Shown: in pieces, positions 1-9,150 of the stretch | How the letters are laid out: every line of letters starts with the position of its first letter | Position numbering within the stretch: the stretch's first letter is position 1 | Assembly: GCA_937921255.1 (NCBI GenBank) | Contig: CAKZSO010000024.1 | Location: 11,781 to 75,780 of the forward strand | Direction of reading: 5' to 3' | Origin: Candidatus Bipolaricaulota bacterium | GTDB lineage: Bacteria; Bipolaricaulota; Bipolaricaulia; Bipolaricaulales; Bipolaricaulaceae | DNA length: 64,000 bases | Position numbers and translations under genes: made by a program | The notes under the pieces: generated by a model | The model's input: the letters and a program-made list of their open reading frames with translations, nothing else | What the model was told of the DNA's origin: nothing | Database searches by the model: none

Positions 1-2
1 CC

Positions 3-122
3 CTCCTCCGCCACCCCAAGGTAACCCTGACCCCGCACGTCGGCGCCCAGACGGTCGAGGCCCAGGAACGGATCGGCGACGAGGTCGTCGCGCTCCTCCT
101 CGAACACGCGCGCAAGGGTTAG
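3..122 (+). CDS. C-terminal end of a D-3-phosphoglycerate / D-2-hydroxyacid dehydrogenase (5' end outside window)
   Basis: Manual translation LLRHPKVTLTPHVGAQTVEAQERIG...*; TPHxGAxTxEAQ is the SerA-family catalytic His motif. Confidence 0.75.
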   Translation, partial: LLRHPKVTLTPHVGAQTVEAQERIGDEVVALLLEHARKG

Positions 123-124
123 GG

Positions 125-1423
125 ATGGCCGTCATCCACCCGTTCCGCGGCCTCCGCTACAACCCCGCGATCGTGGGGGACATCTCCCAGGTCGTGACCC
201 AGCCCTACGACCGGATCGGTCTGAACGAGGAACGAACCTACCTCGAGCGGTCCCCGTACAACTACGTCCGCCTGATCGGGACGAAGTCCCCGCCCCCGGA
301 CGACGCTGCCTACGCCCAGCGGGCCGAGCTCCTCCAGCGGTGGATCCGCGACCGGGTCCTCGTCCACGACAGCAGGCCCGGGGTCTACCTCTACCGTCAG
401 TCGTTTGCCCACGAGGGACAACGCCTTGTCCGGACCGGGATCATCGCCCTCCTCGACCTCTCCCGGAGCACGGCCAAGCCCCACGAGCACACCCTCCGCG
501 GGCCGAAGGAGGACCGGCTGAAGCTGTTCCGGGCGACCGAGGCCCACCTCGAGCACATCTTCCTCCTCTACCACGACCCCCACCGCACGGCCACCGCCGC
601 GGCCGAGCGGGCGATCGCCAAGCGCAACCCGAACGTCGTCGCCAAGGACGACTTCGGGAACACCCACGAGCTGTGGCAGGTCGCCGACCCCCGCGCCGTG
701 CGGGGGGTCCAGGACGCGATCCTCCCCCTTGAGGTCTACATCGCCGACGGGCACCACCGGTTCGAGACTGCCCAGGCGTTCATGCGGGAGTGCCTGGGGA
801 AGGGTTGGACGCCGGCCTCCCCCCAAAGCTTCACCGCGCTACCCGTGACCCTCGTCAACACCGCCGAGCCGGGGTGCGTGATCCGTCCGACCCCACGGGT
901 CGTCCACAGCCTCGCAGGATTCACCGCGTCGTCGTTCCTCGAGGCGGCCGGGCAGGAGTTCGCGGTCGAACCGCTGCCCTCCTTCGCCGCGGCGAAGGCC
1001 GCCCTCGCCGCGGCTGCGGGAAGGCATCACACCTTCGTCCTCTACGCAGGCGGGAAGTTCTGGGCTCTCACCCTCCGCGACGAGACCCGGCTCGACCGCC
1101 TCGTCCCCGGCGACCACCCTCCGGCGTGGAGACGGCTCGACGTGGCAATCCTCCACAAGGCGATCCTCGAGCCGCTCCTCGGGATCGACGACGAGGCCCT
1201 CGCCCGCCAGTCGAACGTGGACTACGCCCACACCGACGAAGAGGCAATCGCCTTGGTGGACGCCGGGAAGGGCCAGGCCGCGTTCCTCCTCAACCCGACA
1301 CGGGTCGAGGAGGTCCTGGCGATCGCCGACCTCGGGGTCTCGATGCCCCAGAAGTCCACCGACTTCTACCCCAAGCTCCTGTCCGGGCTCGTGGCAATGA
1401 CGATGGAGATCGAAAAGCCGTGA
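125..1423 (+). CDS. DUF1015 family protein
   Basis: N-terminal PFRGLRYN..PYD, PHEHT, YIADGHHR and C-terminal MPQKSTDFYPKLLSGL motifs; starts 2 nt after the upstream stop. Confidence 0.9.
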   Translation: MAVIHPFRGLRYNPAIVGDISQVVTQPYDRIGLNEERTYLERSPYNYVRLIGTKSPPPDDAAYAQRAELLQRWIRDRVLVHDSRPGVYLYRQSFAHEGQRLVRTGIIALLDLSRSTAKPHEHTLRGPKEDRLKLFRATEAHLEHIFLLYHDPHRTATAAAERAIAKRNPNVVAKDDFGNTHELWQVADPRAVRGVQDAILPLEVYIADGHHRFETAQAFMRECLGKGWTPASPQSFTALPVTLVNTAEPGCVIRPTPRVVHSLAGFTASSFLEAAGQEFAVEPLPSFAAAKAALAAAAGRHHTFVLYAGGKFWALTLRDETRLDRLVPGDHPPAWRRLDVAILHKAILEPLLGIDDEALARQSNVDYAHTDEEAIALVDAGKGQAAFLLNPTRVEEVLAIADLGVSMPQKSTDFYPKLLSGLVAMTMEIEKP

Positions 1424-1541
1424 TCCGTTCGCCGTAGTCCGTGGACCGTGATCCCTGGTCCGTAATCCGCCTTCCGTAGAAGACCGCGGAACTTCTGCGC
1501 CCACTTCGGCCTACGGGCGACGGACAACGGACTACGGGCAA
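1421..1541. repeat. Inverted pair of degenerate heptamer tandem arrays between convergent genes
   Basis: 8 TRRTCCG-like units at 1421-1476 and 5 complementary CGGACTA-like units at 1507-1541. Confidence 0.7.
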
Positions 1542-1546
1542 CCGAT

Positions 1547-1771
1547 CTAGATTCGGACTGCGATCCCGAGCAGGGCGTGCAAGGTGGCGATGGTCAGGGT
1601 GGCGTACGCCAGCCGACGGTGAACCTTCACCGGCCGCCGCTTCCCGAGAAGCCGGGACAGCCCCATCGCCCCCGCCGTCGAGAGCAGGAGAGCGTACCCG
1701 ACCAGGCCGAGGTAGAAAATCACCGGGTACGGCCCAAGGTAGTGGTAGGCGACACTGCGGAGCGTGTCCAC
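1547..1771 (-). CDS. Small two-TM membrane protein with two His (cytochrome b-like)
   Basis: Hydrophobic helices; HRRLAYATLTIATLH; GTG start 1 nt after the DOMON gene stop. Confidence 0.65.
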   Translation of the reverse strand: MDTLRSVAYHYLGPYPVIFYLGLVGYALLLSTAGAMGLSRLLGKRRPVKVHRRLAYATLTIATLHALLGIAVRI

Positions 1772-1772
1772 G

Positions 1773-2678
1773 TCAGTCCTCTAGCTTCATCTGGATCGAC
1801 CCGCGGGCGGTGTGGATCGCAGTGAACGAGGTCGAGCTGCGGTGGTAGGCCAGAAGCACCGTGTAGGTCCGGCCAGGCACAAGCGCCTTGTCTTCTGGGT
1901 CGCCGCTGTCAAGCGGGATCACGAACTCGACCACCGTCTGGCCGCCCGACACCGTGCCCGCCGCGCGTAGGACGTCGTCCCGACGATCTCGGGTGTGGGA
2001 GGTGGTCCCCGAGCCGAAGTGGTCTTCGATGACGAGCCCTCCCGGCGTCACGGCGGCGATGATGTAGTTGGCGCCCTGCATCCGGTTCACCGGATCGAAC
2101 CCCGCGGATACCCACCCCGTGCCGGGGGAGCGCAAGGCGGCGAACAGGACGACCAGCCCGTTCCGCCAGTGGAGCGTGACCCCGCTTCCCCGATCCTGGG
2201 CCGACCGCACGTACTCCCCATCGGCAATCCGCCCATCGGTCACCGGGATCGCTGTGCCCGATACCGCCACCACGTAGTCCGCCGCGCGGATCTTCCCGTC
2301 GGGGAAGAACCGGAGGAAGGCATCCACGGTCACCGCACCCCCGGGAAGGGCGAGCTCGAGCGACCCGTAGACGAGGCTCGACTCGGCCACCGCCCGCACC
2401 ACGCCGGAAAACGCGTGTCCCTGCACGGGGAACGCCGCGAAGAACTGGTTCCACGCCGCTTGCACGCCCGCGCCGTAGTAGAACCCATCCCACGCCGTTC
2501 CGATGAACGCAACTCCCCCGCCGGAGGCGAACCCCGCGGCGACCGCCTCGGCGCTACCGCTCCCCAACGCCTCCCAATGGGCGAGGGCCCACCGCCCCAG
2601 ATCGTCGCCTGTCGGCTGGGCCAGAGCAGAACCCACTGCTACCATCGTCAGCACCGCAACCAAGAAGAAGCGCTTCAT
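1773..2678 (-). CDS. Secreted protein with NTF2-like N-domain and C-terminal DOMON domain
   Basis: Signal peptide; GWVSAGFDPVNRMQGANYIIA and terminal H(TARG) typical of DOMON; AGGAGG RBS. Confidence 0.8.
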   Translation of the reverse strand: MKRFFLVAVLTMVAVGSALAQPTGDDLGRWALAHWEALGSGSAEAVAAGFASGGGVAFIGTAWDGFYYGAGVQAAWNQFFAAFPVQGHAFSGVVRAVAESSLVYGSLELALPGGAVTVDAFLRFFPDGKIRAADYVVAVSGTAIPVTDGRIADGEYVRSAQDRGSGVTLHWRNGLVVLFAALRSPGTGWVSAGFDPVNRMQGANYIIAAVTPGGLVIEDHFGSGTTSHTRDRRDDVLRAAGTVSGGQTVVEFVIPLDSGDPEDKALVPGRTYTVLLAYHRSSTSFTAIHTARGSIQMKLED

Positions 2679-3096
2679 CCGATCCTCCTTTCACCACTGA
2701 AGGCTTGAACCCAACGGTCCGCTCCCGGTGCGCCACCCGTCACCGCACGGACAAAGAGGGTGGGGCGGAGGTTGGGCACCTCCGCCCCTTGGGTGGGATC
2801 GCCGTGGATGTGTGCCACGGCGGGGGTGGCAGAGCTTCCATCGGTTAGCGAAGCCGATTCCTTCCGGCCCGAGGTCGCGTCCAGGGTCTTCCCTGGCGCA
2901 ACCCTGCGCGGCATCCGTTGGCTCTCGCCTTCATCGAGGCGATGGTGCCGTTCTCCCCTGGACGTAACGTGCAGAACCTGTGGACTTCCCGTGGAGACAC
3001 GAGCTCGAGAACGCCACCGCCGGTTCTGGAGAGATCTGCGTCACCCGGTTGCCCTTCTCCAAGCGATCGAGGACCATCGAGGCGGAGACCGAACCC

Positions 3097-3660
3097 ATGG
3101 ACGCCGCCCAAGCCCTGCAGTCCCTCCGCGAGGGCAACGACCGCCACGCACGGGGAGCCCATCGCCACCCGCACCAGGACGTCGCGCGCCGGGCTGCGCT
3201 CGCCGCCGGGCAGAGCCCGTGGGCGGCAATCCTCGGCTGCTCCGACTCCCGGGTCCCGCCGGAGATCGCGTTCGACCAGGGACTCGGAGACCTGTTCGTC
3301 GTCCGCACGGCCGGCCACGTCTGCGACGCGACGGTCACGGCGAGCCTTGGGTACGCCGTCGGGCACCTCAACGTCCCGCTCGTCGTCGTCCTTGGGCACA
3401 CCGGGTGCGGGGCGGTCGGCGCCGCAATCGCCCGCAGGCCCGACGAGCCCGACGACTGCCTGTGCGCGGCGATCCGGCCGGCGATCGAAAAGGCACGGCT
3501 GGGCGCGGGGGACCTCTGCGACCAGACCGTTCGGCTTCACGTCGAGGGGATGGTCGAGCTCCTCCGCCGTTGTCTCCCCGGCGCACCCGAGGGGAGGGTG
3601 ACCGTCGTCGGCGCGGTGTACGACCTCGCCTCGGGCAAGGTCGAGTTTCTCAACCACTAG
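3097..3660 (+). CDS. Beta-class carbonic anhydrase
   Basis: L-EGN-R, CSDSRV, GDLFVVRTAGH and HTGCGAV zinc motifs; ATG at 3097 preferred. Confidence 0.9.
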   Translation: MDAAQALQSLREGNDRHARGAHRHPHQDVARRAALAAGQSPWAAILGCSDSRVPPEIAFDQGLGDLFVVRTAGHVCDATVTASLGYAVGHLNVPLVVVLGHTGCGAVGAAIARRPDEPDDCLCAAIRPAIEKARLGAGDLCDQTVRLHVEGMVELLRRCLPGAPEGRVTVVGAVYDLASGKVEFLNH

Positions 3661-3683
3661 GGCCTCGGCCCGTGGTGCCCGCA

Positions 3684-3838
3684 GGCCAACGGCGGGTCTC
3701 CGCGGGGGTGCGGAGGCGGATCACCGAGCGGTGCCCGTGCGCGGGGCGGGCGAGGAGCTCCGGGTACTCGCGCCGGCGCCGCGGGTACGGGCGGATCGCC
3801 CCCAGGAGGATCGAGTCGCGGGAGAAGAACGACATCCG
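3684..3838 (-). pseudogene. Orphan 3' fragment of the adenylate kinase-like (FlaR) gene at 10004-10591
   Basis: Direct repeat of 10059-10211; 60 bp identical (3710-3769 vs 10085-10144). Confidence 0.8.
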
Positions 3839-3859
3839 GACGCCAAGACCGGGGCATCG

Positions 3860-4790
3860 CTCAAGCTGACCCTCCTCACCCCTGAGCGCAGCGGGTTCGG
3901 GAAGCTGTTCTGGGGAACGAAGGAGCTCCGCATCCCGCGGCTCACGACCCTCGCCCAGGCCGCATCCCGACTTCCCGAGGTCGGCGTGCTCGTCAACTTC
4001 GCGAGCCAGCGCCCAGCGTACGACGTCCCGGTGGAGGCCGTGGAGGTCCCCACGCTCCAGACGATCGCGGTGATCGCGGAGGGGACCCCGAGCGGCAGTC
4101 GCGGCGGATGGAGGCCCTCGCCAAGGCCGACGGGAAGTCGATCACCGGCCCCGCCACCGTCGGTGGGGTCAAGGCGGGGTGCTTCAAGATAGAGAACGCC
4201 GCCGGGACGATGAAGAACATCCCCAAGGCCAAGCACTGCCGCCCCGGCATCGACCCTTCGCGACCACCTCCTCCGGTTCGAAAGGAACCCAGCGATCAGG
4301 CTCCTCGTCTCGCTCGGCGAAGTGGGGGGCATGACGGAGCACGAGATCGCCGAGGGGGTGAAGACGGGGACCATCGTCTCCGCCGCGGACGTACCGCCGC
4401 CGAGCATCCCGCTCGATGACGCCCAGGCACGGGCCGAGGGGCCCGTCTGCAAACCGACGAACTTCGTCTCCACGATCTGCGACGAGCGGGGCGACGTCCA
4501 CGGCTACTGCGGCGTGCCGATCGACCGGGTGATCGAGGAGAAGTACGGGATCGGGGAGTGATCGGGCTCCCGTGGCCAAAGAAAGTCACCCCCCCTACGC
4601 CCGCGGGTTTATCGACATCGTCCTCCCGATCATCGCCGACCACGGTCCGGCCGTGTCCAGCGCCCACAACACGATCGTCGCTGCCCGGGCCGGCAAAGGC
4701 CTCCTCAGCTCGCTCGTGGCGGGATCCTGACCATCGGCCCGCGGTTCGGCAGGGCGGTCAGCGGCGCCGCGGAGCACTTCCGGTACGGGT
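3860..4790 (+). pseudogene. aclA: Degraded ATP-citrate lyase alpha subunit
   Basis: Collinear motifs in shifting frames: [86 protein letters not shown]. Confidence 0.85.
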
Positions 4791-4935
4791 CACGGCACGG
4801 CCTATCCCGCGTCCAACGTGGACATCGGTCCCCCGCACAGTAGGATGGCTCTCGCTGCCGCTTCCCGCGGTGAGGCGTGGGTCGCCGATCCCAGACCGCA
4901 CCCAACTGAGTGAGTAAGCCTCCTGTACGTCTGCC

Positions 4936-4964
4936 TTGCTGCCTTACGGGCCCCCTCGTATCAT
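4936..4964 (+). promoter_or_regulatory. Putative sigma70 promoter of the peptide ABC operon
   Basis: TTGCTG-17bp-TATCAT. Confidence 0.45.
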
Positions 4965-5124
4965 GACCGCACTCTCGGCAGCTCTCCCGTTGAGTGGAGA
5001 ATGCTGGCGAATGCCGATGGGAAGGAGGGTGATGGCCACAACGACCGGGTTAGGGTAGACAGTCTGTCCCAAGCAGCAGTGCCGACCGAACAGAACCACC
5101 GAACAGAACCAAGGAGGTAGTGCA

Positions 5125-6630
5125 ATGAGGAAGGTTGTAGGTCTGTGTCTGGGGTTGTTCATCGTAGGGGCTCTGGCAGGCGCGACACCACGCTACGGCG
5201 GGACACTCACGATTGCCATGGAGTACGACCCATCCTCACTGGATCCGCTGGTGATGACGGACACCCCTGCGTCCAACGTGTTCATGCATGTGGCCGAGGC
5301 CCTGTTCCGGCTGGGGCCAGGAGGCGAGTTGGAGTACCTCCTCGCGAAAAGCTTCGAGTCCAGCGAGGACGGCCTGGTGTGGACGTTCTACCTGCGGGAA
5401 GGCGTGAAGTTCCACGACGGAACGCCGTTCAATGCCGAGGCGGCGAAGTGGAATCTGCTTCGCTTCCGCGACAAGGCGAGCTTCGGGCCGACCCTGGTCA
5501 AGGCCATTACCGACATCGAGGTCGTGGACGATCTGACCATGAAGGTTTTACTTAAGGAGCCCTTCGCCCCGCTCCTTGTGCACCTGGCGCACAGCTTCAC
5601 CGGGTTCCTCAGCCCAACTGCTGTGGCCGCTGGTGTGAACCACCCCGTGGGAACGGGCCCGTTCGTTTTTGTGCGCTGGATTCCAGGGACCGAGCTGGTG
5701 CTGGAGCGGAACCCCAACTACTGGGGCGAGGGCCCGTACCTGGACCGGCTGGTGTTCCTTCCCATCCCTGAGGGCGGAACGCGGGTCATGAAGCTCCTCG
5801 CGGGGGAGATTGACGCGACAACCGTGGTCCCTCCGGACGACGTTCCGATCGTTCGCGCGGATCCCAAGACCGATGTCGTGATCATCCCCTCGCTCACCAT
5901 TCAGTACGTGGGGATGAACTGCCAGCGCGGCCCGCTCGCCAACCCGCTGGTCCGCCAGGCGTTGAACTACGCGATCGACAAGCAGGAAATCGTGGACTTC
6001 GTGTTCGGCGGGTTCGCCACGGTGGCGGCGGCCCCGTTCAGCCCTGGCGTGTTTGGCTACCATGCGCCGGGCCCGTATCCGCACGATGTCGAGAAGGCCA
6101 AGGCCCTGCTCGCCCAGGCTGGCTATCCCAACGGGTTCAAGACCACCCTGCGCTACAACCCCGGCTGGCGGACCTTGGGGGCCGAGGTGATTCAGGCCCA
6201 GCTGAAGGTGGTCGGGATTGATGTGGAGCTCATCTCCATGGAGTGGGGTTCCTACCTCGACTTCACGAACCGGCCCGTGGACCGGAGCGAAACCGACATC
6301 TACATGCTGGGCTGGAGCACGGTGACCGGCGACGCGGACTACACGCTGTACTCCCTGTTCCACAGCACGCAGTTCGCCCCCGCCGGGAGCAACCGGTCGT
6401 TCTACAAGAACGAGACGGTGGATGCCCTGCTGACGGCCGGCCGCACCACGCCGAATCCCGAACTGCGTGAGCAGTACTACGCGCAGGCCATCGAGCTCAT
6501 CTGGAACGATGCGCCGTGGGTGTTCCTGCTGAACCCGGATCACCGCTACGGCGTCCGGACGAACGTCCGCGGCCTGGTGTTCCACCCCAATTTCACGATC
6601 CAAGCGCACCGCGCTTGGCTGGATAACTAA
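5125..6630 (+). CDS. Peptide/nickel ABC transporter substrate-binding protein (family 5, DppA/GsiB-like)
   Basis: Signal peptide; LREGVKFHDGTPFNAEA, VGTGPF, VRQALNYAID; AGGAGG RBS. Confidence 0.95.
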   Translation: MRKVVGLCLGLFIVGALAGATPRYGGTLTIAMEYDPSSLDPLVMTDTPASNVFMHVAEALFRLGPGGELEYLLAKSFESSEDGLVWTFYLREGVKFHDGTPFNAEAAKWNLLRFRDKASFGPTLVKAITDIEVVDDLTMKVLLKEPFAPLLVHLAHSFTGFLSPTAVAAGVNHPVGTGPFVFVRWIPGTELVLERNPNYWGEGPYLDRLVFLPIPEGGTRVMKLLAGEIDATTVVPPDDVPIVRADPKTDVVIIPSLTIQYVGMNCQRGPLANPLVRQALNYAIDKQEIVDFVFGGFATVAAAPFSPGVFGYHAPGPYPHDVEKAKALLAQAGYPNGFKTTLRYNPGWRTLGAEVIQAQLKVVGIDVELISMEWGSYLDFTNRPVDRSETDIYMLGWSTVTGDADYTLYSLFHSTQFAPAGSNRSFYKNETVDALLTAGRTTPNPELREQYYAQAIELIWNDAPWVFLLNPDHRYGVRTNVRGLVFHPNFTIQAHRAWLDN

Positions 6631-6715
6631 CGGGTCCACGGACCTGTTGCCGCTGCAGGCCCCGGTGGGCGCAGATCGGCCCGCCGGGGCCAGACAGCTG
6701 GCCCAAGAGGGAAAC

Positions 6716-7636
6716 ATGTTCAGCTACGTCGTTCGTCGGCTCCTGCTGGCGATTCCCGTCCTCCTCGGGGTGGTGACGCTCGTGTTTCTGGCCCTGCGTC
6801 TGATCCCCGGGGACCCGGCTCTGATCATGGCTGGCGAGGCGGCTCCCCAGGAAGTGGTGGCCCGGATCCGCACCCAGCTCGGCCTGGACCGGCCATTGGC
6901 TGTCCAGTACGGCATCTACATCTGGAACCTGGTGCGCGGGGACCTGGGGGAATCGGTGCGCACCCGTCGCCCCGTGACCCAGGAGCTTGGGTTTCGCCTT
7001 CCCGCCACCCTTGAACTCGCATCGGCCAGCATGGCGATCGCGGTCGTGCTCGGGTTGACCGCCGGCATCATCTCCGCGACCCGTCAGTACTCCATCCTCG
7101 ACTACGCCACGATGGTCGGAGCGCTTGTTGGGATCTCCATCCCCGTGTTTTGGTTTGGGCTCATGGCGATGTGGATCTTCTCCGTTCGCTTGGGGTGGTT
7201 CCCCGTCGGGGGCCGCGGAACCCTGCGCCACCTGGTTCTCCCCGCGATCACCCTGGGGGCGATGGCCACGGGGATGATCGCCCGGATGACCCGCTCCAGC
7301 ATGCTCGAGGTCTTGCGCCAGGACTACATCCGCACGGGCAAGGCCAAGGGCCTCACCGAACGGTCGGTCAACCTGCGCCACGCGCTGCGCAATGCCTTGA
7401 TCCCGGTCGTCACGGTGGTCGGGCTCCAGTTCGGGGGGCTGCTCGCTGGCTCGGTGCTCACCGAGACCGTGTTCACCTGGCCGGGCGTGGGACGGCTGAT
7501 GGTCGACTCGATCACCAACCGTGACTATCCCGTGGTTCAGGGTGCGGTCTTGGTCATCGCGCTGGTCTTCACCGCGGTGAACCTCCTCGTGGACCTCGCC
7601 TACTCGTTCGTGGATCCCCGAATCCGCTACGACTAA
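6716..7636 (+). CDS. Peptide ABC permease (DppB-like)
   Basis: PGDP, GLDRPL-QY, DYIRTGKAKGL, HALRNAL motifs. Confidence 0.95.
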   Translation: MFSYVVRRLLLAIPVLLGVVTLVFLALRLIPGDPALIMAGEAAPQEVVARIRTQLGLDRPLAVQYGIYIWNLVRGDLGESVRTRRPVTQELGFRLPATLELASASMAIAVVLGLTAGIISATRQYSILDYATMVGALVGISIPVFWFGLMAMWIFSVRLGWFPVGGRGTLRHLVLPAITLGAMATGMIARMTRSSMLEVLRQDYIRTGKAKGLTERSVNLRHALRNALIPVVTVVGLQFGGLLAGSVLTETVFTWPGVGRLMVDSITNRDYPVVQGAVLVIALVFTAVNLLVDLAYSFVDPRIRYD

Positions 7637-7647
7637 CCCACTGGGAG

Positions 7648-8511
7648 GTGGCCATGGCGAGATCTAGACATCTGTTGTGGGACGCGGCCCGCGGCCTGGT
7701 GCGCCACCGCAGCGCACTGGTCGGCCTGGCCGTGGTGACTGCGTTGCTTCTCGTGGCGTTGTTTGCCCCACTGCTCGCCCCGCACGATCCGCTCCTCCCA
7801 CGGATGCGGGAGCGCCTCACACCGCCCTCATCGAAGCACTGGCTGGGCCAAGATGAGCTCGGTCGGGACATCCTTAGCCGGATCATCTATGGGGCGCGGA
7901 TCTCCCTGACAATCGGGATCGTCTCGGTGGGGGTCGGGATGGCAGTCGGCGTGCCGTGGGGCCTTGCGTCAGGGTTCTACGGGGGGAAGTTCGACATTCT
8001 CACCCAACGCTCGATTGACATCCTTCTCTCGTTCCCGTCGATCCTTCTTGCGATCCTGATCGTCACCGTGCTCGGGCCAAGCCTGTGGAACGCGATGGTG
8101 GCGATCGGGATCGCGTCGATTCCCGCCTACACCCGAGTTGTCCGGGGGTCCACACTGGCCATCCGCGATGCCGAGTACGTCCAGGCCGCGCGGGCGATGG
8201 GGGCAGCGGACGCACGCATTCTCGTACGGCACGTGCTTCCCAACGTGTTGGGTCCGGTGGTGGTCCTGTCCACCCTGTACACCGCGAGCGCGATCCTTAC
8301 CGCGGCGGGCCTTGGCTTTCTTGGCCTGGGGGCGCAGGCTCCGACCCCCGAGTGGGGGGCCATGCTCAGCCGCGGGCGGGAGTACCTGCGGGTGGCCCCC
8401 CACGTCTCCGCGTTTCCGGGGCTCGCGATCTTCGTGTCGGTGCTGGGGTTCAACCTGCTCGGCGACGGTCTGCGCGACGCGCTCGACCCACGGTTGCGGG
8501 GAAAGGTATAG
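7648..8511 (+). CDS. Peptide ABC permease (DppC-like)
   Basis: HWLGQDELGRDILSR, EYVQAARAMG, PEWG, GDGLRDALDP. Confidence 0.95.
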   Translation: MAMARSRHLLWDAARGLVRHRSALVGLAVVTALLLVALFAPLLAPHDPLLPRMRERLTPPSSKHWLGQDELGRDILSRIIYGARISLTIGIVSVGVGMAVGVPWGLASGFYGGKFDILTQRSIDILLSFPSILLAILIVTVLGPSLWNAMVAIGIASIPAYTRVVRGSTLAIRDAEYVQAARAMGAADARILVRHVLPNVLGPVVVLSTLYTASAILTAAGLGFLGLGAQAPTPEWGAMLSRGREYLRVAPHVSAFPGLAIFVSVLGFNLLGDGLRDALDPRLRGKV

Positions 8512-8516
8512 GTTGA

Positions 8517-8558
8517 CTCCGGCGGACAGGCGCCCATCGAAAGGGCAGTCCGCCGGAG
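8517..8558 (+). terminator. Stem-loop after the permease operon
   Basis: CTCCGGCGGAC/GTCCGCCGGAG 11-bp inverted repeat; no U tract. Confidence 0.4.
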
Positions 8559-8820
8559 ACGGACTCCCACTCATGATCGCGGAACGGCCGGCAACCTGGC
8601 CCAGGGAATGCCCGTGGCCATTCAGACGGGAACGTCACGCCCCTCCGCGGACGGCCAGCAATGCCCCCCGCGGGAGTGGCCCTCCCGTGCCCAAGCCGAC
8701 CTCGGGCGCTGACCAGCCTCCGCCGCCCATTCACCAGAGATCTAGACCGTGCAGCCCCTGACCTGACCGCGTCGCGCACCGTCGCCCTGCCCAGCCGAGG
8801 ATCTACTGTCCTGGGCGGTC

Positions 8821-9150
8821 GTGCCCGCCCCGTTGTTCCTGGCCGTTTCCATCGCTGTGATGGGGATCCTCTCCCCGATCCTGCCCCTCTACCCAACGCT
8901 CGCGTGGGGCAGGCAGACTGGGCGTGGGGATCGTGTTCGCCGCGTTCTCAGTCCCGCGGTTCATCCTCGGCCCCGCCGCCGGCAGGCGGTCCGACCGCAT
9001 CGGCCGGAAGTGGGTGATCCTGGGGGGCTAGGGATCTCCGGCGCCGTGTCGGTGCTGTACATCGTGGTTCCGAGCCTGCGGCAGAGGGAGCCCTGCCCCT
9101 CTTGGCCTTGATCGGGGTCGTCCGGTGGGTCCCCGATGACGTGAAGGCAC
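8821..9150 (+). pseudogene. MFS transporter N-terminal remnant (frameshifted)
   Basis: GILSPILPLY in one frame, then GIVFAAFS..GPAAGRRSDRIGRKWVI (MFS motif A) in another. Confidence 0.7.

Noticed and set aside
1421-1541. CRISPR array
   Set aside because: Units are 7 bp with no spacers, and no cas genes are present
2850-2880. SRP RNA helix 8 (CCGGAAGG, minus strand)
   Set aside because: Lacks the flanking CAGG/AGCA internal loop
2938-2990. Fluoride riboswitch (GGCGATGG)
   Set aside because: The pairing TCGCC and the downstream TGATG/CCTAC elements are missing
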